Shown one piece after another: positions 34,807 through 44,480 of a stretch of DNA of 64,000 bases (its first letter is position 1; every line of letters starts with the position of its first letter). The notes below the pieces were generated by a model that was given only the letters and a program-made list of their open reading frames with translations, did not search any database and was not told the DNA's origin. Source of the stretch: an uncultured Marinilabiliaceae bacterium (GTDB lineage: Bacteria > Bacteroidota > Bacteroidia > Bacteroidales > VadinHA17); NCBI GenBank assembly GCA_942492595.1, contig CALOFK010000001.1, positions 80,366 to 144,365 of the forward strand, written 5' to 3'. A program made the position numbers and the translations under genes.

Positions 34807-37569
34807 CTATTTTACCAATACGGGATCACCAAAACCTATTTTTTTAAGGCCTTCGAGCTGTGTTTTGGCGTCTCCTGCAATTACATAATACATTTTTGAA
34901 GGATCTATAAGCCTTTTCGCCAGCTCATTGTGCTGCTCAACACTTAAGTTCCTTACAAACATCTCCTGCTGTTTTACATAATCAAATGGCAAATTATAAG
35001 TACTTATATTATTTAACATTCCAAGAAGAGATCCCAGGGTCTCAAACGCCAGGGCATTTGATTTTAACAGCGCATTTTTAGTAAAATTCAGATCCTCCTC
35101 GCTAATTCCATCTCTGTACTTTTCCATTTCCTCTTTAAAGATCTGAACCGACTCTAATGTTGCTGTTGTTCTTACGCTTGAGCTGGCTGAGAATTCGCCG
35201 GAATATTTATTTCCGCTAAAGCCTGTTCTTGCACCATAGGTATAACCTTTCTCTTCCCTTAAGATTAAATTGACAATGCCATTAAATGATCCACCCAGCT
35301 TATAGTTTATTACTGTTGCTGGATAATAATCGGCATCTGATCTTGGAATTGCAATATTACCTATCTGTATTACAGATTGCTTTGCGCCCGGGAAATCAAC
35401 AAAATATATTTTAGACTTCTCAGGATTAGCAGGTATCAGAACCTCTGGGAGCTCAATATCCATTGCCTGCCACTCTGCCTCAATACCGGCAAAGGCAGAC
35501 ACCACCCTGTCCTTATCAATATCGCCTGCTATATTAAGGCTGGCCACTGATGGGGAGATATAGTTCTGATAATACTCTTTAAGATCGTCTATCTCTATTC
35601 CCGGTACTGTTTCTTCAGTACCGCCAGCAGAAAGAGCAAGAATATGGTCTTCTCCATACATAAGCTTATCAAGCGTACTCGAGGCCATATAGCCGGGGTT
35701 GGCCTTATTGCGGGTAAAGCCGTTTATTGTTCTGTCTTTCAGAAGCACAAACTCCTCTTCGTCCCACCTGGGTTCAAGTAACATCTCCTTAACAAGATCC
35801 ACTGTTTTTTCAAAGTTTCTTGCAAGAGTATTTACCGTGATAATTATTGACTCACTTCTCCCGTAAATCCTTATGCTTGACCCCAGAAGCTGTATTTCTT
35901 CTTCAAGCTCTTCGGGAGTTTTATTTGCTGTTCCTTCGTTCATTAACTGGGCCATCAGACTTGCGGTACCGGACTTTTCGACATTTTCAAGCATATGTCC
36001 ACCATCTATTACCAATGAATACTGAACAAGGGGAACTTCTGAATGCTTAATTCCAAGGATTCCTATTCCGTTATTTAATTCAGCCGTCCATATTTGAGGA
36101 AGAACAAGCTCCGGGTCTGGGCCTATTTCTGGCTGGACCGAGCGATCAAATGATGTTTTTGTTTTAACTATTTCTTCTTCACCAGCTATAAGAGATTGAT
36201 CAACCTCTGTGGCTTCAAGAACATTTTCTTCAACTATGCCGGCATCTTCGGCACCTTCAGCAATAAGACTTACCGAACCTTTTGGGACAAAGCTTGCGCT
36301 TACAAAGGGCATTCCCTTAATATACTTTTCATATACCCTTAAAACATCCTCAACTGTTACGGCCTGTATATTTGCCAGGTCTGTAGTAACAAAGCCGGGG
36401 TCTCCTGCATATTCATTATATCTTGCCAGCTGAAATGACTTTCCAAGAACAGAGCTTATGCCATTATAGAATGACGTTTCCTGTCCGGCTTTAATCTTTT
36501 CAAGTTCTGTCTCGCTAATCCCTTCTTCTTCGAACAAGGCAAATGCTTCATCTATTGCTTTTTCTACATCGGCAAGAGAAACTCCGGGAAAGGCATTAAC
36601 TGATATGGTAAACTTCCCTGCAAGTTCTGATGGTCCGTTATAGGCGCCGGCATATGAGGTAAGTTTCTTGTCTTTTACCAGAACCCTGTAAAGTGGGGCA
36701 TTCTTGCCTCTGCTTAATATCTGGCCAAGAAAACTAAGTGCATATGAATCAGGGTTATACTGCTCTGGTGTAGGCCATACCATAGTAAGTGCAGGTGTGC
36801 GGGCAAAATTATCTTCATGATATAATTTTACTGTTTTATCGAGGCTAACGGGCATGGGGTTCATATCTACCACCTTTTCACCGCCGGGTATTTCACCAAA
36901 ATATTTTTCTATCAGTTTTTTAACCTCTTCTGTATCAAAGTCTCCGGCCAGAGTAAGAGTAGCATTATTTGGTACATAATACTTACCGTGAAACTCTTTT
37001 ACGTCGTCTATAGTAGCGTTAAAGAGATCTTCCATTTTTCCTATCACCTGCCATGAATAAGGGTGACCTTCGGGAAAAAGGTGGCTATCTATTAATCCAC
37101 CTGTATGTCCGTATGGCCTGTTATCATAATTCTGCCTCTTTTCGTTCTGAACAACATTCTGCTGATTGGCAAAAGCCGATGCAGTAACAGTATTTTCGAG
37201 GTATCCCATCCTGTCTGATTCAAGCCACAATACCATTTCAAGAGCATTCTTGGGTACAACTTCATAATAAACAGTGCCATCCTTGTTGGTCCCGCCATTA
37301 AGGGTACCGCCGGCTCCCTGAATAAACTTAAAGAACTGATCCTGTCCTACATTTTCAGATTCCTGAAACATCATATGCTCAAAAAGGTGCGCAAATCCTG
37401 TTTTGCCTACTTCCTCTCTGTTTGAACCAACATGATACTGTATGGCTACAGCAACTATTGGGTCGGATGCGTCTTTATGCAGAATAACATTAAGACCATT
37501 GTCGAGAAGATACTTCTCATATTCGATTTTTAATTCTTCTTTTTTTCTGCCCGGTGCTACACGAGGCAA
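34807..37569 (-). CDS. M16 (pitrilysin/insulinase) zinc metallopeptidase; the open body lacks its in-frame signal peptide
   Basis: HLFEH inverted zincin motif, EVVPKNALEMVLWLESDRMG, two-half M16 architecture with LREEKGYTYG. The native start appears to be ATG 37615 in another frame. Confidence 0.93.
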   Translation of the reverse strand: MPRVAPGRKKEELKIEYEKYLLDNGLNVILHKDASDPIVAVAIQYHVGSNREEVGKTGFAHLFEHMMFQESENVGQDQFFKFIQGAGGTLNGGTNKDGTVYYEVVPKNALEMVLWLESDRMGYLENTVTASAFANQQNVVQNEKRQNYDNRPYGHTGGLIDSHLFPEGHPYSWQVIGKMEDLFNATIDDVKEFHGKYYVPNNATLTLAGDFDTEEVKKLIEKYFGEIPGGEKVVDMNPMPVSLDKTVKLYHEDNFARTPALTMVWPTPEQYNPDSYALSFLGQILSRGKNAPLYRVLVKDKKLTSYAGAYNGPSELAGKFTISVNAFPGVSLADVEKAIDEAFALFEEEGISETELEKIKAGQETSFYNGISSVLGKSFQLARYNEYAGDPGFVTTDLANIQAVTVEDVLRVYEKYIKGMPFVSASFVPKGSVSLIAEGAEDAGIVEENVLEATEVDQSLIAGEEEIVKTKTSFDRSVQPEIGPDPELVLPQIWTAELNNGIGILGIKHSEVPLVQYSLVIDGGHMLENVEKSGTASLMAQLMNEGTANKTPEELEEEIQLLGSSIRIYGRSESIIITVNTLARNFEKTVDLVKEMLLEPRWDEEEFVLLKDRTINGFTRNKANPGYMASSTLDKLMYGEDHILALSAGGTEETVPGIEIDDLKEYYQNYISPSVASLNIAGDIDKDRVVSAFAGIEAEWQAMDIELPEVLIPANPEKSKIYFVDFPGAKQSVIQIGNIAIPRSDADYYPATVINYKLGGSFNGIVNLILREEKGYTYGARTGFSGNKYSGEFSASSSVRTTATLESVQIFKEEMEKYRDGISEEDLNFTKNALLKSNALAFETLGSLLGMLNNISTYNLPFDYVKQQEMFVRNLSVEQHNELAKRLIDPSKMYYVIAGDAKTQLEGLKKIGFGDPVLVK

Positions 37570-37615
37570 AAAGAATAGCTACTGCAAGAAGTAGCATAAT
37601 TGTTGTTTTTTTCAT
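37517..37615 (-). other. Out-of-frame lipoprotein leader of the M16 peptidase
   Basis: ATG 37615 encodes MKKTTIMLLLAVAILFASC-STGQKK then reaches TGA at 37519-37517. Removing one base at 37540-37552 fuses it to EELKIEYEKY. Confidence 0.85.
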
Positions 37616-37679
37616 AGTTGGCGTTTTGGTTCGACTTTTTATCAATATCTTTTTTTCTTTTCGTTGTTCTTGTAAAATA

Positions 37680-37967
37680 TTACAGGCTGGCCAGCTTAAA
37701 GTCTTCTATCTCTATCTGATCCCATACACCCCCTGTTATATATGGTTCATTTTCGAGTATCTTATCGAGCTCATAGCGTGATTCAAATTCATAAACAATA
37801 ACCGAACCCTTCATTGTGCCATTATTGTCGAGCAAGGCTCCGCCCCATAACAAATTACCTTTTTGTTTTAGCTCCCTGGCCTTTTCAAGATGTTTTTCCC
37901 TTGCCTCCATCCTTCTGTTAAGGGCACCGCTATCGATACCATCATATCCTCTAAGAATAAATTGCAT
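37680..37967 (-). CDS. YciI family protein
   Basis: RRMEAREKHL, GGALLD, GSVIVYEF, EPYITGGVW. Confidence 0.9.
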   Translation of the reverse strand: MQFILRGYDGIDSGALNRRMEAREKHLEKARELKQKGNLLWGGALLDNNGTMKGSVIVYEFESRYELDKILENEPYITGGVWDQIEIEDFKLASL

Positions 37968-38007
37968 ATTATTACTGTATTAAAAATAAATAATCCCCTA
38001 ATAAGAT

Positions 38008-38098
38008 CAAATATACGCTATTTCAAGTATTTATATTAGACACAAGCTGTAATCATTTTTCTTTTTTCTATTCTTAAGTACTCTATTTTATATCTTTG
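38008..38098. promoter_or_regulatory. Divergent pair of Bacteroidota -7 elements
   Basis: CAAATATA (38008-38015, TATATTTG on -) upstream of yciI. TATCTTTG (38091-38098) upstream of 38138. Confidence 0.55.
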
Positions 38099-38137
38099 TT
38101 AGCAGTATTTAATGCCATTTTGTAATTTTCATAAATT

Positions 38138-40531
38138 ATGAATAAATCGTTTCTATTAGCAGTGCTTCTGGCACTATCCTTAAATGTATTTGCCCAGAAA
38201 AATGATATATATGCCGGTGCGGATGAAAAATCTCCATCCCGCGCGCAGTATTTTTCATGGATAAACAATACCAATGAGGGGGCAACGGAGCAGCAAACTC
38301 TTATAAACCTGAAATTCTTTGAATGGCTTAAAAAAGAATATGGTATGCAGCTGGATATTTACGCCTTTGATGCCGGCGCAATAGATGGGAAAAGATTCTA
38401 TGGCAGCATTTATTCAGACAGGTTTAAGAAGCAATTTCCTAATGGTTTTGACCCGATATATAAGAAGGCCGGCGAACTGGATATAAAACTTGGTGTGTGG
38501 GGTGGCCCCGATGGCTTTGGCGACACCGAAGAGGAGGCAGAGGCAAGAATAGAACAAATGGTTAAATTATGTCGCGATTATGAATTTGTCCTTTTCAAAT
38601 TTGATGCTGTTTGCGGACCCTTAAGACCTGAGAAAGAAGACTATTTTATTGATATGATGACCCGCGCCAGGTCGTTCAGCCCTGATCTTATCCTCCTAAA
38701 TCACAGGCTGGGACTGGATAGGGCAAAGCCATATGCAACTACATTTTTATGGGGAGGTGCAGAAACATATATCGATGTTTTTATGAATAACCGACTTACG
38801 GCACCTCATCACAGGGCAGAAGCAATATCACGCGGACTTGTGCCTGATTTGATGAGGCTTACAGAAGATCACGGTGTTTGTATCTCTTCGTGTATCGATT
38901 ATTGGGACGACGATCTTATCCTGCAGGCCTTTAACAGAAACCTTATCCTTTCCCCGCAGATCTATGGTAATCCCTGGCTTATGAGGGACGATGAGTTTCC
39001 GCGACTTGCACGCATATTTAACTTTCACAGGAAGTATCGTGATATTCTTACCGAGGGAATGACCCTGCCTGATGAATATGGCCCTTATGCGGTAAGCAGG
39101 GGTAACAATACTACCCGTATTATAACTCTTCGTAATTTAAGCTGGGAAGATAAATCGTATGCTATCAGGCCGGGCAAAGAAATAGGGCTTGATGATACTT
39201 TTCAATATTACGTACGACAGTTCCACCCGCTTGAAAGGGTTATGGGAATATATCCGGGAGGAGAAACTATCGATGTTATAGTCCCTCCTTTCAGATCATA
39301 TCTACTTATTGTAAGCACAGAAAAGTTCGACGAACCAGGCCTTATAGGATCAGAATATAATATTATTAAGAATATAGAAGACCAGGACATTGAAATTGAT
39401 ATACTGGGTATGCCTGGATCGAGCTCCTATATCCAGCTGGAAGAATCTGATAAATATAGCGGGGCCTTCCTTAACGGAGAAGAGTCGGCTCCCCTAAAAA
39501 AAGGACGAGTAGTTAAAATTGCTTTCCCTGGAGAGGAGCTAATAAAGCCGTTTAACAGACATGTTGCCATTCTTAACAGGGTAGAAATACCTAAGGACGC
39601 AGAGGCTCTGTATGAGGCTACCGTTTTTGCAGCAGACAATAATGCACTTGAGGTAAGGTCGCTATATCGATCCGGCCCCACTGCTTTTAAGGAAGTAAAA
39701 GACGCAAGGGATGCTTTCTTTAACCAGACTACCTTTCTGGAACGTGGGATATGGGACAGGAACCTCTTTGACCTTAATCCCGAAACAGGCTTTTTCCCTT
39801 CAAGGAAATATAAGAGAGACCAGCGGGTTGAGGGAGGATGCTTCAGGCTTGATCTGGGGCAGATTATAGGTGTAGACAGTGTTGTTCTTATAACTCCCGA
39901 CGAATACTCCCTGCAGCCACTGTTACAAGGCGAAGGTAATTACGTTGAAATATCAGAAGATCTTATTTCGTGGAAGACACTTACCTACCTTGCCGGCAAG
40001 AGGATGAATATTACTATAGGTGAGCCTGTAAGATACCTTCGCTTTAAGGAATATGCTGATCGCCTGGTTGAAATAATTGTATACAGGAACGGTAAAGTCC
40101 TAGACTCAAATAAGTTTCGTGCCAGCAACCTGTTTGCCCATCCCGATAAAAAAGAAACCACAGAGGCATGGCGTGCTTCATTTACCTTAGATGAAATAGC
40201 CGAAGGAAGCTATCTTTCTGTCGCCATAAATGGTTATCATGGAGTGGAGGGTGCCTATGCCGCAATTAAAGTAGATGGTAAATATGTGGGTGCTCCCGAC
40301 AGGTCGAGATCTTATCCCTCTAACACCTGGGAATATGTAAATGCAAGCGGAGACTCTAATTACACCTATTATTTCCCTCTGGATAATAAGTATATAGGCA
40401 AAGAAATTGAACTTTATGTTCTTTTATATAACGAAGAAGCCAGGGATCTGGCTCCCGAAGTATGGTTATCTGCCAATCCTGCTCCCTACAAAAAAATAAG
40501 ACTACGCTTAACAAAAAACAATAGCAGATGA
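38138..40531 (+). CDS. Secreted hypothetical protein, possible clan GH-D-like (GH27/GH36-type) glycosidase with C-terminal beta domains
   Basis: Signal peptide (...NVFA|Q). TIM-barrel-like strands IYAFDAG, KLGVWGGP, VLFKFDAV, LILLNHR. The glycosidase call is tentative. Confidence 0.45.
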   Translation: MNKSFLLAVLLALSLNVFAQKNDIYAGADEKSPSRAQYFSWINNTNEGATEQQTLINLKFFEWLKKEYGMQLDIYAFDAGAIDGKRFYGSIYSDRFKKQFPNGFDPIYKKAGELDIKLGVWGGPDGFGDTEEEAEARIEQMVKLCRDYEFVLFKFDAVCGPLRPEKEDYFIDMMTRARSFSPDLILLNHRLGLDRAKPYATTFLWGGAETYIDVFMNNRLTAPHHRAEAISRGLVPDLMRLTEDHGVCISSCIDYWDDDLILQAFNRNLILSPQIYGNPWLMRDDEFPRLARIFNFHRKYRDILTEGMTLPDEYGPYAVSRGNNTTRIITLRNLSWEDKSYAIRPGKEIGLDDTFQYYVRQFHPLERVMGIYPGGETIDVIVPPFRSYLLIVSTEKFDEPGLIGSEYNIIKNIEDQDIEIDILGMPGSSSYIQLEESDKYSGAFLNGEESAPLKKGRVVKIAFPGEELIKPFNRHVAILNRVEIPKDAEALYEATVFAADNNALEVRSLYRSGPTAFKEVKDARDAFFNQTTFLERGIWDRNLFDLNPETGFFPSRKYKRDQRVEGGCFRLDLGQIIGVDSVVLITPDEYSLQPLLQGEGNYVEISEDLISWKTLTYLAGKRMNITIGEPVRYLRFKEYADRLVEIIVYRNGKVLDSNKFRASNLFAHPDKKETTEAWRASFTLDEIAEGSYLSVAINGYHGVEGAYAAIKVDGKYVGAPDRSRSYPSNTWEYVNASGDSNYTYYFPLDNKYIGKEIELYVLLYNEEARDLAPEVWLSANPAPYKKIRLRLTKNNSR

Positions 40532-40935
40532 AAAGGGATAAAGAATACCAGCATGAAACAACATTTGAAGTAAGAGATTATGAAATCGATCTTCAGGGTG
40601 TTGTAAATAATGCAAACTATATGCACTATCTTGAGCACGCCAGGCATAAGTTTCTTCTGTCAAAAAATATCGATTTTGAGGCTCTTCACAAGGAAGGAAA
40701 AGACCTTATTGTAACAAAGGCAGAAATGAGGTACAGGTCTTCGCTAAGAAGCGGTGATGCCTTTGTGGTAAAATCAAGAATATACAAACAAGGAAACATA
40801 CAGCTTGCTTTTGAGCAGGATATTTACCGGCTGCCTGATAATACCCTGGTTCTGTCGGCAAAAATTACAGGAGCATGTACTTATGATGGCAGACCCGTGC
40901 TTCCGACTGAAGTATTTTCAGCTCTTAATATTTAG
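40528..40935 (+). CDS. Acyl-CoA thioesterase (4HBT/YbgC hot-dog fold)
   Basis: VRDYEIDLQGVVNNANYMHYLEHAR. Confidence 0.92.
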   Translation: MKRDKEYQHETTFEVRDYEIDLQGVVNNANYMHYLEHARHKFLLSKNIDFEALHKEGKDLIVTKAEMRYRSSLRSGDAFVVKSRIYKQGNIQLAFEQDIYRLPDNTLVLSAKITGACTYDGRPVLPTEVFSALNI

Positions 40936-40940
40936 TCTTA

Positions 40941-42344
40941 CTAGTAGTAACTGCTTCCATCCCAGCAATGAGTGCATAGTTTTTCTTTTGGCAGCCCAAT
41001 AGCATCAATAAGATCATCAAGATCCTGGTATATTAAAGAATCTATTCCCAGATTTTCAGCTATCTTTTCGACCATTGCCCTATAACGGTCAGAATCGGCA
41101 TCGGCATATTCTTCGATATGAAATTCTCCTCCCTCCAGCTGATTAATTGCCGTACGCGTAGCCAGCTCAAGGGTTGATCTGGATTGTGAGAAATTAAGAT
41201 AATTACATGGAAAGGTAAGAGGAGGGCAGGCTATTCTCATATGAACCTCGTCAGCTCCTGCATTCCTGAGGTCTATTGTATTATCTTTTAGCTGTGTACC
41301 CCTTACTATTGAATCGTCACAAAACACCATTTTACTTCCTTTAATAAGAGCTTTGTTGGGTATTAGCTTCATTCTTGCCACAAGGTTTCTCATCTCCTGA
41401 TTCTGGGGCATAAAACTCCTTGGCCAGGTAGGAGTATACTTTGAATAGGCTCTTTTATATGGTATCCCCTTTTCGTTTCCATATCCAATTGCATGCCCTA
41501 CTCCTGAGTCGGGTACGCCACACACAAAATCTGCTTCTACATCATCTCTTCTTGCAAGAGCTGCTCCGCAGCGGTAACGGCACTCATCAACATTAATGCC
41601 CTCATAATATGAAGGAGGATATCCATAATAAACCCAGAGAAAAGAGCAAACCTGCATTTTCTTATTGGCCTTCCTGATTGTATTATAGCCATCCTGATAT
41701 ACTTCTACAATTTCTCCCGGCCCGGGATAATACTCAATTTCAAATCCGGTATTAGGAAATGCACACGTTTCAGAAGCAATGGCAAATGCACCGTCTTTCT
41801 TGCCTATAATAACAGGGGTCCGCCCAAGTTTATCGCGGGCAATAATAATCCTGTCTTCGGTTAATATTGCTATTGTACATGAACCCTGAATCTTATCGAA
41901 CACATTTTCTATACCTGAAAGAAAATTATCCTCCTCACAAATAAGGTTGGCAACAACTTCTGTTGGATTTACATTTCCCTCAAAATTTTCAGTGAAATGC
42001 TTTTTCTTACTAAGAAAATATTTTTCCAGACTATCTATATTTACTATTCTGCTTACGGTGGCAACTGCAAAACGACCAAGATGAGAATTAAAAAGAATGG
42101 GCTGTGGATCTGTATCGCTAATAACTCCCAGTCCGCTATTACCTGAAAAATTGGAAATATCGGCCTCAAACTTATTCCTGAAATAAGAATTTTCGAGACT
42201 GTGTATTCTTCTTTGAAAGCCTTCTTTTAAATTATAAAATACCATTCCCGCCCTCTTGGTTCCCAGGTGGGAATTATAGTCTGTTCCATAAAAAACATCA
42301 TTTACCGAATCGCTGCAGGAAATTGATCCAAAAAATCCACTCAT
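40941..42344 (-). CDS. purF: Amidophosphoribosyltransferase-like protein (Fe-S type) with Ser in place of the N-terminal catalytic Cys
   Basis: MSGFFG start, SHLG, RDKLGRTP, GVPDSG, PRPP motif FCDDSIVRGTQ, Fe-S ligand-like Cys in QVCSF, FPCNY and LCTHC. Confidence 0.85.
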   Translation of the reverse strand: MSGFFGSISCSDSVNDVFYGTDYNSHLGTKRAGMVFYNLKEGFQRRIHSLENSYFRNKFEADISNFSGNSGLGVISDTDPQPILFNSHLGRFAVATVSRIVNIDSLEKYFLSKKKHFTENFEGNVNPTEVVANLICEEDNFLSGIENVFDKIQGSCTIAILTEDRIIIARDKLGRTPVIIGKKDGAFAIASETCAFPNTGFEIEYYPGPGEIVEVYQDGYNTIRKANKKMQVCSFLWVYYGYPPSYYEGINVDECRYRCGAALARRDDVEADFVCGVPDSGVGHAIGYGNEKGIPYKRAYSKYTPTWPRSFMPQNQEMRNLVARMKLIPNKALIKGSKMVFCDDSIVRGTQLKDNTIDLRNAGADEVHMRIACPPLTFPCNYLNFSQSRSTLELATRTAINQLEGGEFHIEEYADADSDRYRAMVEKIAENLGIDSLIYQDLDDLIDAIGLPKEKLCTHCWDGSSYY

Positions 42345-42369
42345 TATTTCTGGGGTTTATGTTGGTGAC

Positions 42370-42407
42370 CAAAAATAACTTTATTCCGAGATTATTTATA
42401 AATTTGA
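42370..42407. promoter_or_regulatory. Back-to-back Bacteroidota -7 elements
   Basis: CAAAAATA (42370-42377, TATTTTTG on -) for purF. TAAATTTG (42400-42407) for 42433. Confidence 0.55.
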
Positions 42408-42432
42408 TGTCTCAATTTATCAGAAAGAAATT

Positions 42433-43335
42433 ATGGACAATAATAAAACTCCCGAAAAACTAAGATCTCAACCACCCAAAAAGCCTGTTGCTTTGTTTGT
42501 TATCGTTGGTGTTCTTGCCACCCTGCTTGCTGCCCTTGTAGTATTATTTTTCCTGCAGCGAAGTAATATGTTTGAAATGGAGCAAATCCTGACCGAAGAA
42601 AAGGATTCTCTTACTAATGAGCTGGTGTTGCTGATGCATGGTTACGATACTCTTAAATCAAACAACGACACCCTGAATGCTCAGCTTGAAGAAGAACAGG
42701 CTAAAATTGAAAGACTCTTATCAATTAATGCCTCAAATACACAGACAATAAGAACCTACCGCAAGGAAATTTCAACCATGCGCGAGATAATGAAGAGCTA
42801 TATTGTCCAGATAGACTCACTTAATACCCGTAATAAAATACTTGTTGCTGAAAACCAAGTGATAAAGGCAGAAATCTCACGTGTTTCGCAGGACAACCAG
42901 GAGCTTTCAAAGGTTAAGGAAGAATTAAGCTCAAAGGTTGAAATTGCATCTGTTATACAGGCAAAAAACGTTATTGCCGTATGTCTTAATAAGAAAAGTA
43001 AGGAAACAGATCGTCTTGAAAGAATGGTAAATTTAAGAGTGTGCTTTACTCTTCGGGAAAATCCGATTGCTGCTGCAGGTAAGGTTACTGTTTTCCTGAG
43101 GGTCACTCGACCCGACGGACTTGTTGTTGCTACTTCTCCGGATAATATTTTCGAATTTGAAGAAGAAACTATGATTTTCACTGAAAGCAGAACGGTAGAT
43201 TACATGAACCAGGATGTTGAAATGTGTATTTTCGTTAATAATACTACTGACTTTATAGGAGGGAATTACAAGGTTGATTTATATCTTGAAGGATCTCGTA
43301 TTGGAAGTGGGGAATTTATGCTGAAAGAGAGATAA
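42433..43335 (+). CDS. Membrane-anchored coiled-coil protein with a C-terminal beta-rich domain, function unknown
   Basis: One TM helix (about residues 18-41), long heptad-rich region, beta-rich C-terminus. Confidence 0.75.
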   Translation: MDNNKTPEKLRSQPPKKPVALFVIVGVLATLLAALVVLFFLQRSNMFEMEQILTEEKDSLTNELVLLMHGYDTLKSNNDTLNAQLEEEQAKIERLLSINASNTQTIRTYRKEISTMREIMKSYIVQIDSLNTRNKILVAENQVIKAEISRVSQDNQELSKVKEELSSKVEIASVIQAKNVIAVCLNKKSKETDRLERMVNLRVCFTLRENPIAAAGKVTVFLRVTRPDGLVVATSPDNIFEFEEETMIFTESRTVDYMNQDVEMCIFVNNTTDFIGGNYKVDLYLEGSRIGSGEFMLKER

Positions 43336-44469
43336 TTAAATCATCATTAGCTCTGAAATAATATTATCTGATATTAACTTCCCCTGGTCTGTAAGCACAA
43401 GATTGTTTTTCTCTGTCCTTACAATCATACCATATTTAATAAACCTGGATGAAAGGTTAAGGAGATAATCATGTGTTTCCTTGTTAAAGCTTGTTTCAAG
43501 ATAATTCATATCAACACCCCAGATTGTTCTAAGGGTCGTCATTACATACTCATTATACCTTACTTTTTCATCCAGAATCTCTTTTTCAAAACAGGTAGCC
43601 CCTTTATCAGCTTTTTCCATATATTCAGTAATATCAGCTACATTCCATTGCCTTGAATAACCATTATAACTGTGGGCAGACGGTCCTAGTCCAAGATAAT
43701 TTACCTGCTTCCAGTAGTTGGTATTATGCCTGGAATAATATCCCTCCCTGCACAGATTTGAAATTTCGTAATGTATATAATTGTTTTTGCGGGCCAGCTC
43801 TGTTAAAATGGCAAAATGCTTTTCACTTATTTCCTCATCTGTTTCTATAAGCTCACCAAGGTCTTTCATTTTTCCAAACATTGTGTTTTTCTCTATCGTA
43901 AGATGATAGGCAGAAATATGCTCTGTGTTTAGCTTAAATGTTGTGTTTAGTGCTTCTTCCCATTCTTTTGAACTCATTCCCGGTATACCATAAATAAGAT
44001 CTACAGAAATATTATCAAAGCCCACCGCCCTGGCTGTCTCCAGAGATTCATGCGCCTGAGTGGCATCGTGCCTTCTGTTTAACATTTTAAGGTACTTATC
44101 ATCCCACGATTGTACTCCTATGCTCAGACGGTTTATGCCCTCCCGCTTAAGATCTCTCAGGTAAGATTTATCGGCATCATCAGGATTTAGTTCGAAACTT
44201 ATTTCAGCATCTTTGTCTATCGAAAAAACAGAAAAAAGAGCCTTAAGAACCTTTCTTACCTGCACAATGCTTAAGACCGAAGGCGTACCACCCCCAAAAT
44301 ATATAGTGCTTACAGGGTTGTCTTCTGGAAGGTAGTCTTTACGTTGATTTATTTCCTTTAAAAGAGAAGTTACAAATCTATCTGAAAGGCCCGTATCAAG
44401 AGTTTTGTAGAAATCACAATAATGACATCTCTTTTTACAAAATGGTATATGTAAATATATACCTGCCAT
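43336..44469 (-). CDS. hemW: Radical SAM family heme chaperone HemW
   Basis: GIYLHIPFCKKRCHYCDF, YFGGGTPS, NRLSIGVQS, HISAYHLT, YEISN, HNTNYW, GLGPSAHS. Confidence 0.93.
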   Translation of the reverse strand: MAGIYLHIPFCKKRCHYCDFYKTLDTGLSDRFVTSLLKEINQRKDYLPEDNPVSTIYFGGGTPSVLSIVQVRKVLKALFSVFSIDKDAEISFELNPDDADKSYLRDLKREGINRLSIGVQSWDDKYLKMLNRRHDATQAHESLETARAVGFDNISVDLIYGIPGMSSKEWEEALNTTFKLNTEHISAYHLTIEKNTMFGKMKDLGELIETDEEISEKHFAILTELARKNNYIHYEISNLCREGYYSRHNTNYWKQVNYLGLGPSAHSYNGYSRQWNVADITEYMEKADKGATCFEKEILDEKVRYNEYVMTTLRTIWGVDMNYLETSFNKETHDYLLNLSSRFIKYGMIVRTEKNNLVLTDQGKLISDNIISELMMI

Positions 44470-44480
44470 AATTTATTTTA

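Noticed and set aside
37539-37546. A-AAA-AAG slippery heptamer as a programmed -1 frameshift in the M16 leader
   Set aside because: In the signal-peptide frame the codons are AAA AAA AGA, and the body needs a +1 shift, not -1.
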